Shown: positions 10,167-18,991 of the stretch, piece by piece
Numbering within the stretch: position 1 is the first letter of the stretch
Layout of the letters: each line of letters begins with the position of its first letter
Assembly (NCBI GenBank): GCA_963707025.1
Contig: CAVPOM010000007.1
Coordinates: forward strand, 448,001 to 512,000
Origin: an uncultured Verrucomicrobiae bacterium
GTDB taxonomy: Bacteria > Verrucomicrobiota > Verrucomicrobiia > Limisphaerales > Palsa-1400
Direction of reading: 5' to 3'
DNA: 64,000 nt
Translations under genes and position numbers: made by a program
The notes under the pieces: generated by a model
What the model was told of the DNA's origin: nothing
The model's input: only the letters and a program-made list of their open reading frames with translations
The model's database searches: none

Positions 10167-13100
10167 TCACCGGCTGATGAGGCGATAAAAGGTGGCGCCG
10201 CCATTGGGTGAGAGCGTGGCGGTGACCTGTCCGTTGCTGGCGGGCGCGGGGTTGGTGACGGCGGTCCAGGCCACCGGCTCGGAAAGGTTGGTGGCGCTGC
10301 AAAGGGAGAAAGTGGAGGCGGTCGCCGGCCAGGAGAGGATGAAATTAGTGTTGACTGTGACGGCCGAGATGGCCGGCAGCGGCGGCCGGGCATTGGCGGG
10401 GGCCGACCAGGCGCTTTGGCGAAGCGGATTCAGCGCGGCCACTTCGTAGTAGTAAGTCGTTCCATTAGCCACGTTGGTATCGGTGAAGCTGGTGGCGGCC
10501 AGGCTGAACAGGTTGGTGTAGGGGCCGGCACCGGCCGGGGCGCGTTGCAGCTCATAGCTCACGGCCCCTGTTGCCGGATTCCATGTCAATGTGATCTGGC
10601 TGTAATTGGCGGCCGCGCTCAGCCCTGTGGGCGTGGCGGGCGGGGCCGTGCTGGCGGAATCAAAAGCGGCCAGGCACAGGGCGCTATTGTTGTGCGCGGT
10701 CACTGCCAGGCCGGCCAGGGCCGTGCCGGTCATGGCCACCGTCGTGCTCCCGGCTGCGGTCCAGGTAGCGCCGTCGGGCGAGTAAGAGGCGGTGAAGGTG
10801 TTCCCGCTGCGGGCCAACATCACCCAGGCAGGCGGCGCGACGCCGGCAATATTTATGGAACTGCAGCCGCCGCCGGCGGCGCTGCGCCATTGCAAGCTGG
10901 CGCCATTGGCGGCGCTGACGATCATGTCCACGAACATGCTGCCGGCGGTGTTGTCATTGCGGTACATCACGCCTCCTTTGGCCCAGCCATCGGTTTCCTG
11001 GACCTCGTCCACCCGGGTGACGATCGAGCTGTCGCCAGCCAGGGTGGCGCCGGCGAAATTGAAGGCATCCGCGGTATTCCAGATGTCCGCCCCGCCGCCA
11101 TGCATGACGAAGGAACTGCCACAGCAGGAGGCACTGCCGGCCAAGCCGACACTGCCGATATCCTGATCGCTCCAACCCGCCGGCAGCGCCCCGGCGCAGG
11201 GCACGGCGACGGCCTCGGCGGAATCGGGGCCTTCCCCGGCCGAGTTGACGGCCGAGACCACATAATAATAGGTCGTCCCGGCGAGCAGCCCCGTATCGAG
11301 GCAGAGGAGAGCCGTGAGGTTGGTTGCAACCGCGACAAACGGTCCGGCGCTGTTGGTCGAGCGCTTGAGATTGTAGCTGCCGGCGGTGGGGGCGGCGTTC
11401 CACCAGAGAACGGCGCTGGAGCCGCCGGTGGTGGCGGTCAAGCCGGTGGGGGCGGCCGGCAGGAGCATGGGGGTGGCGTTGACTTGGGCCGACGGGCTGC
11501 TTTGCGCGCAGGAGTTGCCGGCAAAAACCACGTAACTGTAATTGGTGCTGAGCATGACATCGAGGTCAAGGTAGTTGGTCGCAGTCAGGCCGGTGGCGAT
11601 GTAAGTGTAAGGGGTGGAACTGAGCGCGCGAGCCACACTGTAGCTGGTCGCGCCGGGGACGGGATTCCAACTGATGGCAACTTGCAGATTGTTGGCAACC
11701 GCCGTCACATCCGAGGGGGCGGCTGGCGGCGCGCAGGCCAGCGCGCCGGCGGGAGATGAATTGGAACTCTCGCCAAAGTCGCCCAGCGCCGAGACCGCGT
11801 AATAATAAGTGATGCCAGGCTCAACATTGGTGTCCGCGTAACCCGGCAGGACGGAGGCGGCCAGGTTTGTAAAAGTCCCGCCGGGGGCCGGGCCGCGTTT
11901 GATGTTGTAGCTGACCGCGCTGCGGGTGGCGTTCCAAGAGAGCAGAATCGGCATCCCCTGGCTGGCGGACAACCCGGCGGGCGCGGGCGGAGGCGCGGGC
12001 GCGGTATTGGAAACCACCACCAAGGCGCCCGCCCAGTCGGCATGGTCGGAGTTGATGCCATTGTCCGCATCGCTCACGCCCAGGGTGAGCCGGTTGACAC
12101 CGGTCATGTCCAGATTGATGGATTGATGGGGCGCGCCGCCGGTCAGGACGCCGCTGTTGAAGATCTCGGTTCCATCGGCCAGCACATGGAAGACGACCGA
12201 GCCATTGGCCCCCACTTCGTCATCCACTCCAATATCGGACTGGAACCGGGAGGCGATGCCGCCCAGGCGGTATTCGACACCGGAAAAGGCATGGACACCC
12301 AGGCCTTTGGCGTAGTTGGTGCCGTTGAGCGTGAGGGTGTTGCCGCCGATGCTGCGATTGTTGGTCATCGCGCCCCAGCCCACATAAGCGCGAGCGGGCT
12401 GGAGGCTGGTGAGGTAATTGGAGCCCAGGATGGGGAGCAGCGGCGCCGCGCCTGTGACCTGCAAGACCACGACGCCATGGGCCGGGACGTTGGTGGTGAA
12501 ACTATTGTTGACCAGGCCGAGGCCGGCGCCGGCCCATAAATCCCGCACGGCGGCGTTGCCCGGGAGCAGTCCGATGTTGGTCCAAATGACGGTGATCGCC
12601 GCCGCGTTGGTGTTCGGATTGAACAAGGCCACGGCTTTGGTGGTGAAATCGGTTCCGAGAGGTTTAACCCAGATTTGATTGGTGGAGGTATTGGGCAGGG
12701 CGACGGCTTGCTCGCCGGCCGGGTCCTGATCCACCGCGATCAGCTCCGCATTGGTCAGGATGGACAGAGTTTGGGCGGACATATTGGTCAGGTTGTTGCC
12801 CATGATCAACGGCGCGCTCACCATGCACCACAAGCTGAAGTGCGCCTTGTCTTCGGTGAAGGTCATGCCGCCGTTGCCCACTTCCAGCATGTCCGGGTCG
12901 TTCCAGCGGCCCGGGCCGGCCAGGAAGGCGGGCGGGCTGTTCCCGCCCAGATTGGACAACATGCTGGCAAAAGAGTCGTTGATGTCGCCGGTGGTGCGCC
13001 AGAGATTGCCGACCCCCGGCATCCAGGAGACGAAGGACCAGGCGCAGATGCTGAAAGAAATGGGGCGCCCGCTGTTCATCAGCGCGTCGGCCATCCGCGT

Positions 13101-13691
13101 GTAATCGGCCTGCGGAACATCGCCCGACGGCAGATTGCAATTGTCGTATTTGAGGTAATCCACGCCCCAGGACGCGTAGGTATTGGCGTCGAGGTACTCG
13201 TATCCGTAGCCGGCCGGCCGCCCCTGGCAGGTTTCCAGACCGTGATCGGAATACACGCCCAGCTTCAGCCCCTTGGAATGCACGTAATCCGCCAGCGCCG
13301 CGATGCCGTAAGGGAACCGCACCGGGTCGGCCACGATCACGCCATGGTCGTCGCGGGACACCTGCCAGCAATCATCCATGTTGATGAACTGGTAACCGGC
13401 GGCCTTCATGCCGTTGGTGGCCATGACGTCGGCCATGTTGCGAATGATGGCGTCGCTGACATTGCAGCCGAAATAATTCCAACTGTTCCAGCCCATGGGC
13501 GGCGTCAGGGCAAGGCCATTGGTCGAAGCCCGGCTGGAAATCGGCAAGCCCGGCGCCAGGCCGAGGAAGAGACAAACCAAACTGCGGCAAAGGGCCAACC
13601 ACGATGGGTGATGGGCGGCAGCCTTGGCTTGGTCCGCACCCTGGCTCCTCGACAAACTTGGCGCTTGGGATCGGGGCATGGAATCCTTCAT
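10167..13691 (-). CDS. Modular GH27 alpha-galactosidase with NPCBM, several FN3 domains, a beta-sandwich and a C-terminal FYRL-type domain
   Basis: GH27 motifs LALTPPMGWNSWN, DDCW, DYLKYDNC and WNDPDMLEVGNG; NPCBM motif KGLGVHA..FQSDIGVDD; FN3 motifs LSW..A.SYN.KR..YYY.VSA. Start uncertain (13742, 13691 or 13679). Confidence 0.9.
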   Translation of the reverse strand: MKDSMPRSQAPSLSRSQGADQAKAAAHHPSWLALCRSLVCLFLGLAPGLPISSRASTNGLALTPPMGWNSWNYFGCNVSDAIIRNMADVMATNGMKAAGYQFINMDDCWQVSRDDHGVIVADPVRFPYGIAALADYVHSKGLKLGVYSDHGLETCQGRPAGYGYEYLDANTYASWGVDYLKYDNCNLPSGDVPQADYTRMADALMNSGRPISFSICAWSFVSWMPGVGNLWRTTGDINDSFASMLSNLGGNSPPAFLAGPGRWNDPDMLEVGNGGMTFTEDKAHFSLWCMVSAPLIMGNNLTNMSAQTLSILTNAELIAVDQDPAGEQAVALPNTSTNQIWVKPLGTDFTTKAVALFNPNTNAAAITVIWTNIGLLPGNAAVRDLWAGAGLGLVNNSFTTNVPAHGVVVLQVTGAAPLLPILGSNYLTSLQPARAYVGWGAMTNNRSIGGNTLTLNGTNYAKGLGVHAFSGVEYRLGGIASRFQSDIGVDDEVGANGSVVFHVLADGTEIFNSGVLTGGAPHQSINLDMTGVNRLTLGVSDADNGINSDHADWAGALVVVSNTAPAPPPAPAGLSASQGMPILLSWNATRSAVSYNIKRGPAPGGTFTNLAASVLPGYADTNVEPGITYYYAVSALGDFGESSNSSPAGALACAPPAAPSDVTAVANNLQVAISWNPVPGATSYSVARALSSTPYTYIATGLTATNYLDLDVMLSTNYSYVVFAGNSCAQSSPSAQVNATPMLLPAAPTGLTATTGGSSAVLWWNAAPTAGSYNLKRSTNSAGPFVAVATNLTALLCLDTGLLAGTTYYYVVSAVNSAGEGPDSAEAVAVPCAGALPAGWSDQDIGSVGLAGSASCCGSSFVMHGGGADIWNTADAFNFAGATLAGDSSIVTRVDEVQETDGWAKGGVMYRNDNTAGSMFVDMIVSAANGASLQWRSAAGGGCSSINIAGVAPPAWVMLARSGNTFTASYSPDGATWTAAGSTTVAMTGTALAGLAVTAHNNSALCLAAFDSASTAPPATPTGLSAAANYSQITLTWNPATGAVSYELQRAPAGAGPYTNLFSLAATSFTDTNVANGTTYYYEVAALNPLRQSAWSAPANARPPLPAISAVTVNTNFILSWPATASTFSLCSATNLSEPVAWTAVTNPAPASNGQVTATLSPNGGATFYRLISR

Positions 13692-13780
13692 CCCTAAACT
13701 TGCCACCGGAGCAGGCTCAGAACAAGATGCTTTTACTCTCATGGATGCGTGGGAAGCCCACCCCCCCCGGGGCCGGGAAG

Positions 13781-13850
13781 TGAAATCAGGTGCAATCAGG
13801 TGAAATTACGTGAAATTAGGTGAAAGCAACTGAAATCGAAGTGAAAACCT
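13781..13850. repeat. Degenerate 10-bp tandem repeat (TGAAATYAGG)
   Basis: tgaaatcagg tgcaatcagg tgaaattacg tgaaattagg tgaaagcaac tgaaatcgaa in exact 10-bp register. Confidence 0.8.
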
Positions 13851-14180
13851 GGTGATGGTTTTGAACCGCGAAACAGGCGAACCCCGAAGTCCAGACGGAG
13901 TGGTGGAGTGATGGAGCGGTGGGCATGGTCAAACTTAAAAAAATGGTTTGACCGGGTTTGACCGCCACTGCTTCGATCACATCCAAATGGCTCAGCAACA
14001 CCTTGCAGGCAAGGGCCTTCCACATTTTTATCCCCTCCTTGGCTGGACAGCGTTGAGTTTGACCGGGTATGACCGGTCCAGGCGACAAATGCATCCTCCT
14101 CCACCGGGCCTTCGAACTTCGCCAAGCCCATGGCGGAGGAGTTGGAGGCCAGGACAGAGGACCCGAACCGTTCCCGCTCC

Positions 14181-14208
14181 GAAAGCGGGAGCAAGCTCCC
14201 GCACTCCA
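14181..14208. repeat. Single REP-like palindrome
   Basis: aaagcgggagcaagctcccgcactcca: a GCGGGAGC/GCTCCCGC hairpin next to a CACTCC end shared with the repeats at 17368 and 23585. Confidence 0.55.
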
Positions 14209-14368
14209 TAATGACCGCCCTCATAACTCAGGAAAGATTAGCATTTAATCCAGGGTCGTCAACAGAGAAATGCGGATTCTTGCAAGGGCCTCATCATTAG
14301 ACACTTGGGTAGCTTGATCGGCCCATAGTGCAGGGGCGGGGGGCTTGCAAACGCCGTTTTTTAAAGAA

Positions 14369-14492
14369 TGGGACCTCTGTAAAAAGCCTGTAGCGGCGGT
14401 CTGTGGACCGTCGCCATGCCGTTATTTCCCCTGGTTTGCGGCGGTCACAGACCGCCGCTACAATCGTGGACGCGCGTTTTGCAGAGGTCTCA
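14369..14492. mobile_element. MITE-like element with IS5-like TIRs enclosing a GTAG-type REP doublet
   Basis: TIRs TGGGACCTCTGTAAAA / TTTTGCAGAGGTCTCA (14/16 match). Internal inverted pair TGTAGCGGCGGTCTGTG (14389) ... CACAGACCGCCGCTACA (ends 14462). Confidence 0.65.
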
Positions 14493-14764
14493 GAAAGCTT
14501 TGCGGCGATCTTCCGCCGGGCCAGCGGCCTTTCCCCTGTTTGGCCTTGCGAATTCTCAAATGACCCGCCCTAAAGACAGTGGCAGGAGGGCGCGTCTCAA
14601 TTTTAGACAGTTCCGGGGCAGGAATGCCCCGCTGCGGCGTCCGCGTCGGCGCAGCGCGACGGCTCTGTCAAAAACAGGGATGGGCCTTTTTCTGTCGGGA
14701 GGCGATTTTCTTTGGGGCACGGGGCGGAGTTGGCACAGTTCTGGCTTGTTCACAGGCAAAATAT

Positions 14765-15031
14765 ATGGTTGAAGTCATGAACAGTCCAAACAGCACTGAG
14801 GAAAAGATCGCCATTGAGAAGTTGGCCATTTGCCAGGAATGCGGGGGCACGGACATCGTCAAGAGCGTGGGGATTGCCAAGATGACCGAGGCGGGTTCGA
14901 TTGGGTTGGGCTATAACACGGATTATTTTGTCAAGTCGAGCGAACCGCTGGTGGTGGATTTGTGCCGAAGTTGCGGAACGGTGGTCCGTCTTTATGTTAA
15001 GAAAACGGACAAACGCTGGGTCAGTGTCTAA
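14765..15031 (+). CDS. Small zinc-ribbon protein
   Basis: CQEC...DLCRSCG (two CxxC pairs); ATG at 14765 or 14777. Confidence 0.7.
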   Translation: MVEVMNSPNSTEEKIAIEKLAICQECGGTDIVKSVGIAKMTEAGSIGLGYNTDYFVKSSEPLVVDLCRSCGTVVRLYVKKTDKRWVSV

Positions 15032-15105
15032 AAGTGAGCAGTGGCAGTTGACGCCGTGAGGTCCTTCATCGCCAGGCCGGCGGAGGACGGGGCGGGAAAA
15101 TCTTT

Positions 15106-16443
15106 CTATCTGGCGGCGAGCAATCGGACCACTTGCAAGGTTCCCTGGATTTCTTCCAGGCTGTTGTAGTAATGCACCGACTGCCGGACCAGCGGCCCCG
15201 ATTGCGCGCGGACCCGGAATTTCCCGCGGTTCCACAACTGGTCCTGCAGTTGCACCCCGGTCAGGCCGGCCACGCCGTAGGTGACAATGGCCCCGGCCAG
15301 CGCGGGATGGATGGGTGAGGAAATGGACACCCCCTTGATCTGTTGCAATCCATTGCGCAAAGCGCCGGCCAGTTCGAGGGTCCGGCGCTCGATCTTTTCC
15401 GGGCCGATGCGCCAATAGAAATCCAAGGCCGCATTCAGGCCGTCCAGCAGGGCCGCATTGGCGGTGCCGAATTGCATGAGACGGAACAGGCCGCTGGCCG
15501 GTGTGTAGTCATCCCAGTGGGCGCTGGCCAGGGTGGCCCAGATGTCCTTTTCCCGCTCTTCCCGCACGTAGAGCAGGCCGTTGCCGGGAGGGGCGAGGAG
15601 CCATTTGTGGGGACTGGTGGCGTAGGCGTCACAGCCGATCTGCTTGACATCCACCCGCATTTGCCCGACGGCCTGCGCGCCGTCAATCAGGGTGAAGACG
15701 GAGCGCGCGCGGCCCAGGCCGCAAATCTGGCGGACGGGCAGGACGATGCCGTGGCGGCTGGTGACGTGGGGGACGGCCAGGACCCGGGTGCGCGGGCCGA
15801 GGGCGCCGGCGAAAATCTGGACGACAGTCTCCAGGTCCGGGGTGGGAACGGGAATGGGGAGCTGTTTGACGACGATGCCCTGGCGTTTGGCGCGCAGGTC
15901 CCAAGGCCCCAAAGCGCCCGGGTGTTCCTGGTCGGTGATGAGGACTTCGTCGCCGGGCTTGAGCTCGAGGCCGTTGGCAATGAAGTTGATGCCCATGGTG
16001 GCATTTTGCACCAGGGCGATCTCCCCCGCGGAGGCGTTGAGGATGCCCCCCGCCTTTTTGCGCAGGTCTTCCTGGGCGCGATAACCGGCGATGTATTCCG
16101 GGTGCTCGGGGCGGTAATCGTAGCGGGCGATGGCTTCCTCCATCCCGCGCATGCTGTCAAGCACAGCATCGAGCACCGGGCGCGGGCAGGCCCCCAGGGT
16201 GCCGGTGTTGAAGTAGGCCTCGCCGGGGGGAATGGAAAACTGCTGTCGAATCCAGGACCAATAATGCGGGTCATCCCTGGCCGGCCAGGCCAGGGGGCCG
16301 GCGGCGACCGGGGCGCGATGCTGCGGGGAAGCCCGGCCGGGTGCGGGGGCCAGGGGCAACAGGCCCAGCGCGGTCAGGCCGCGGAGAAAGCGGCGTCTCG
16401 GCATGGTGGCCGGCCCCTGCGCCCGCGGCTTTTCGGAGTTCAT
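15106..16443 (-). CDS. Class V PLP-dependent aminotransferase (isopenicillin N epimerase / cysteine desulfurase-like) with Tat-like signal
   Basis: YFNTG, DQEH, IDGAQAVG and SPHKWL (PLP lysine); RRRFL near the N-terminus. Confidence 0.88.
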   Translation of the reverse strand: MNSEKPRAQGPATMPRRRFLRGLTALGLLPLAPAPGRASPQHRAPVAAGPLAWPARDDPHYWSWIRQQFSIPPGEAYFNTGTLGACPRPVLDAVLDSMRGMEEAIARYDYRPEHPEYIAGYRAQEDLRKKAGGILNASAGEIALVQNATMGINFIANGLELKPGDEVLITDQEHPGALGPWDLRAKRQGIVVKQLPIPVPTPDLETVVQIFAGALGPRTRVLAVPHVTSRHGIVLPVRQICGLGRARSVFTLIDGAQAVGQMRVDVKQIGCDAYATSPHKWLLAPPGNGLLYVREEREKDIWATLASAHWDDYTPASGLFRLMQFGTANAALLDGLNAALDFYWRIGPEKIERRTLELAGALRNGLQQIKGVSISSPIHPALAGAIVTYGVAGLTGVQLQDQLWNRGKFRVRAQSGPLVRQSVHYYNSLEEIQGTLQVVRLLAAR

Positions 16444-16447
16444 AAGC

Positions 16448-17149
16448 TCAGTTGGTTTTTGCCTGGATGCGCAGGGTGCTGTTGGTCACTTGCAGGTTTT
16501 CAATCTGCTTGAAGACGGTGGCGTTGGGGCCGTTGTTCTGGCTCTCGGCCAGATTCACGCTTTGCAGGCTGGCCAGGGAATGAGCCGAGAGGGCCTGGCC
16601 TTTGGCTTCCAAGGAAGTGAGGAAGACGGAGAGGACCCCGTTGGTGATGGACAGATTGAAGGTGCCGCTGCCGTTGAGAAAACGGCCTTTGGCGGCCTTC
16701 AATTTGTGGATGATGGGGATGGTTTCCAATGGCAGGCTGATCTGGGCCTTGGTCTGCCCCCCTTCAAAGGAAACAAGAAACTTGCCCTTGAAAGCGGCCA
16801 ATTCCGGCCTGGTGGCGAGCAGGGCGTTGACCTGCTGGCCGGTCAAAACCAAGGGGGCGGCGTTGGTGTGGGCGTCCAGCGCGTCTGAGAAGGCGTTGAT
16901 GCGCTCCAACAAGGCCGTCATTTCTTCGGGGGGCAGTTGCACCGTGGGCAGCGGCATGGGGCTGGTATCGGCGTATTGCACGATCCAACCGTTGGCCGCG
17001 TTGAGGGCATAGCGCACCCCGAAAAACAAACCCACGGCGAGCACGAACAACAAGATGAGCGAGGTGATGCAGCCGTAAAAGAAACACCCGTGCTTTTTCG
17101 GCAACGGCGCCGGCGGCGGCGGCATCGCAATTGGATCCGGGTTGGCCAT
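16448..17149 (-). CDS. Hypothetical single-pass membrane protein
   Basis: KKHGCFFYGC followed by a TM helix; adjacent to and co-oriented with the aminotransferase. Confidence 0.75.
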   Translation of the reverse strand: MANPDPIAMPPPPAPLPKKHGCFFYGCITSLILLFVLAVGLFFGVRYALNAANGWIVQYADTSPMPLPTVQLPPEEMTALLERINAFSDALDAHTNAAPLVLTGQQVNALLATRPELAAFKGKFLVSFEGGQTKAQISLPLETIPIIHKLKAAKGRFLNGSGTFNLSITNGVLSVFLTSLEAKGQALSAHSLASLQSVNLAESQNNGPNATVFKQIENLQVTNSTLRIQAKTN

Positions 17150-17224
17150 GGGGGAGGCTAGGTTGGGGGTGGATTGGAATCAACTCTTTTTGACAGGGCG
17201 CAAGGTGAAAATGAGGCGGGCGGC

Positions 17225-17415
17225 GGGCGCATCGAAACTGCTGCCGGCGTCAGGCGCAAGAAGGCCACCGGGCAGTGCCTTAACTTGGTGTAGAGTCGAG
17301 CCTGTGGCTCGACTTCGGCGCACAGCGCCGACACTACAACAATGAAATTAAGGCACTGCCGGCCACCGGAGTGCGCCTGTCCTCGGGCGCAGCAGCGTGG
17401 GAAACACGGCGCGGG
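17225..17415 (-). mobile_element. Partial inverted copy of the 23558-23740 MITE, interrupted by a second MITE
   Basis: gggcgcatcgaaactgctgccggcgtcaggcgcaagaaggccaccg[insert]gagtgcgcctgtcctcgggcgcagcagcgtggg aligns with the reverse complement of 23647-23740. Confidence 0.8.
17271..17360. mobile_element. 90-bp MITE with perfect 13-bp TIRs and 8-bp target-site duplication
   Basis: TIRs GGCAGTGCCTTAA / TTAAGGCACTGCC; TSD GGCCACCG at 17263-17270 and 17361-17368; internal GTAG...CTAC REP-like hairpins. Confidence 0.85.
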
Positions 17416-17548
17416 TTTCGAGTTGCGCCGCCCGTCCGGCGGAGACGAATTTGCCCGTTGCCTCCAGGGCGGAGCGGAGGCATGATCCGGCGCAGGCGGA
17501 TGGGCCGGGTGCGCGGCACTTTGTTCCCTCCCCGAGTGAAGGAATGCC

Positions 17549-18937
17549 ATGCGACTCTATTTGATCAATCCGACCAACCCGCTGGTCAGCAGCGTCACTG
17601 CCAAAGGAAGCTGGTGGAACCGCTACCGGGTGTGGAAACCGCTCAGCCTGATGGTGCTGGCGGGCCTGACCCCGCCGGAGTGGGAAGTGGTGATCGTGGA
17701 TGAGAACCTGGGCGCGCCGGACTACCCGGCCATGCCCCGGCCGGATTTGGTCGGCATCACGGCTTTCACTTCGCAGGCGCCGCGCGCCTATGAGGTGGCG
17801 GCTTGCTTTCGGCGGTTGGGCGTGCCGGTGATCATGGGTGGCATTCACGCCACCATGTGCCTGGAGGAAGTTCTGGCGCGGGTGGACTCGGTGGTGACGC
17901 GGGAAGCGGAGGGGATCTGGCCGCAAGTTCTGGCCGACGCCCGCCAGGGCGGTCTGAAGCGCCGCTATGACGGAGGGTTCGCCGGGATTGGCGAGTTTGC
18001 GCCCGCCCGTCATAATTTGCTGCCCGACCGATATGCCTTCGGCGCCATTCAGACGACCCGCGGCTGTCCGCTGAACTGCACTTTTTGCAGCGTGACGACC
18101 TTCAACGGAGCCCGCTACCGGCAGCGCCCCATCCCGGAGGTGGTGCGCGAATTCCAGGCCATCCGGGAGAAACGGATTTTGGTCGTGGACGACAACCTCA
18201 TCGGCACGCGCCCGGAACACATCGCCCGGGCCAAGGATCTGTTCCGCGCCCTGGCCCAAGCCAGGCTGCACAAGCAATGGATTGCCCAGGCCACCATCAA
18301 CTTCGCCGACGACGAAGAACTTCTGGCGCTGGCCGCCAAGGCCGGATGCCGCGGCGTCTTCATCGGCTTTGAGTCGCCGACGCCGGAAGGCCTGCGGGAG
18401 CTGGGCAAGAAAATCAATCTGGTCAAGGGCCGGGACTTTGCCGCGTCGGTGCGGCGCATCCAGCGGCACCGCATCCAGGTGGTGGGTTCCTTTATCATCG
18501 GTTTGGACGTGGATAAACCGGGCATCGGCCAACGGATCGCCCAGACCGCCAGCCGCTACGGGGTGGACCATCTCAACGCGCTGTTTCTGACGCCCTTGCC
18601 GGGCACTCGCCTGTGGGACCAAATGGAATCGGAAGACCGCCTGGCGCTGACGGCGTTCCCCGAGGACTGGAAATACTACACGCTGACCTTCCCGGTGGCC
18701 CGCTACAAGCACCTGTCGCTGGACGGCGTCATCCAGGAAATGATCGCCTGCAATCGGAACTTCTATTACCTGCCGCGCCTGCTCTGGCGGGTGTGGGGCA
18801 GCTTGCGGCAACGCCGCACGCCCCTGGTCAGCCTGGTGGGCAATCTGTCCTACCGTCATAACAGCCGGGTGGACCGCGGCACCTACGCCGGCTTCCAGCG
18901 TCAGTCGCGCGATTTTGCCGGGGCGAACGGAATCTAA
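17549..18937 (+). CDS. B12-binding domain radical SAM protein
   Basis: N-terminal cobalamin-binding region (DLVGIT, GGIHAT), RGCPLNCTFC CxxxCxxC motif, GFES and TPLPGT. Confidence 0.9.
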   Translation: MRLYLINPTNPLVSSVTAKGSWWNRYRVWKPLSLMVLAGLTPPEWEVVIVDENLGAPDYPAMPRPDLVGITAFTSQAPRAYEVAACFRRLGVPVIMGGIHATMCLEEVLARVDSVVTREAEGIWPQVLADARQGGLKRRYDGGFAGIGEFAPARHNLLPDRYAFGAIQTTRGCPLNCTFCSVTTFNGARYRQRPIPEVVREFQAIREKRILVVDDNLIGTRPEHIARAKDLFRALAQARLHKQWIAQATINFADDEELLALAAKAGCRGVFIGFESPTPEGLRELGKKINLVKGRDFAASVRRIQRHRIQVVGSFIIGLDVDKPGIGQRIAQTASRYGVDHLNALFLTPLPGTRLWDQMESEDRLALTAFPEDWKYYTLTFPVARYKHLSLDGVIQEMIACNRNFYYLPRLLWRVWGSLRQRRTPLVSLVGNLSYRHNSRVDRGTYAGFQRQSRDFAGANGI

Positions 18938-18991
18938 AAGCGGCCGCCTGCCCGGGAGAATGAACCCAATCAGAATTGAACCAAGGCCGTT

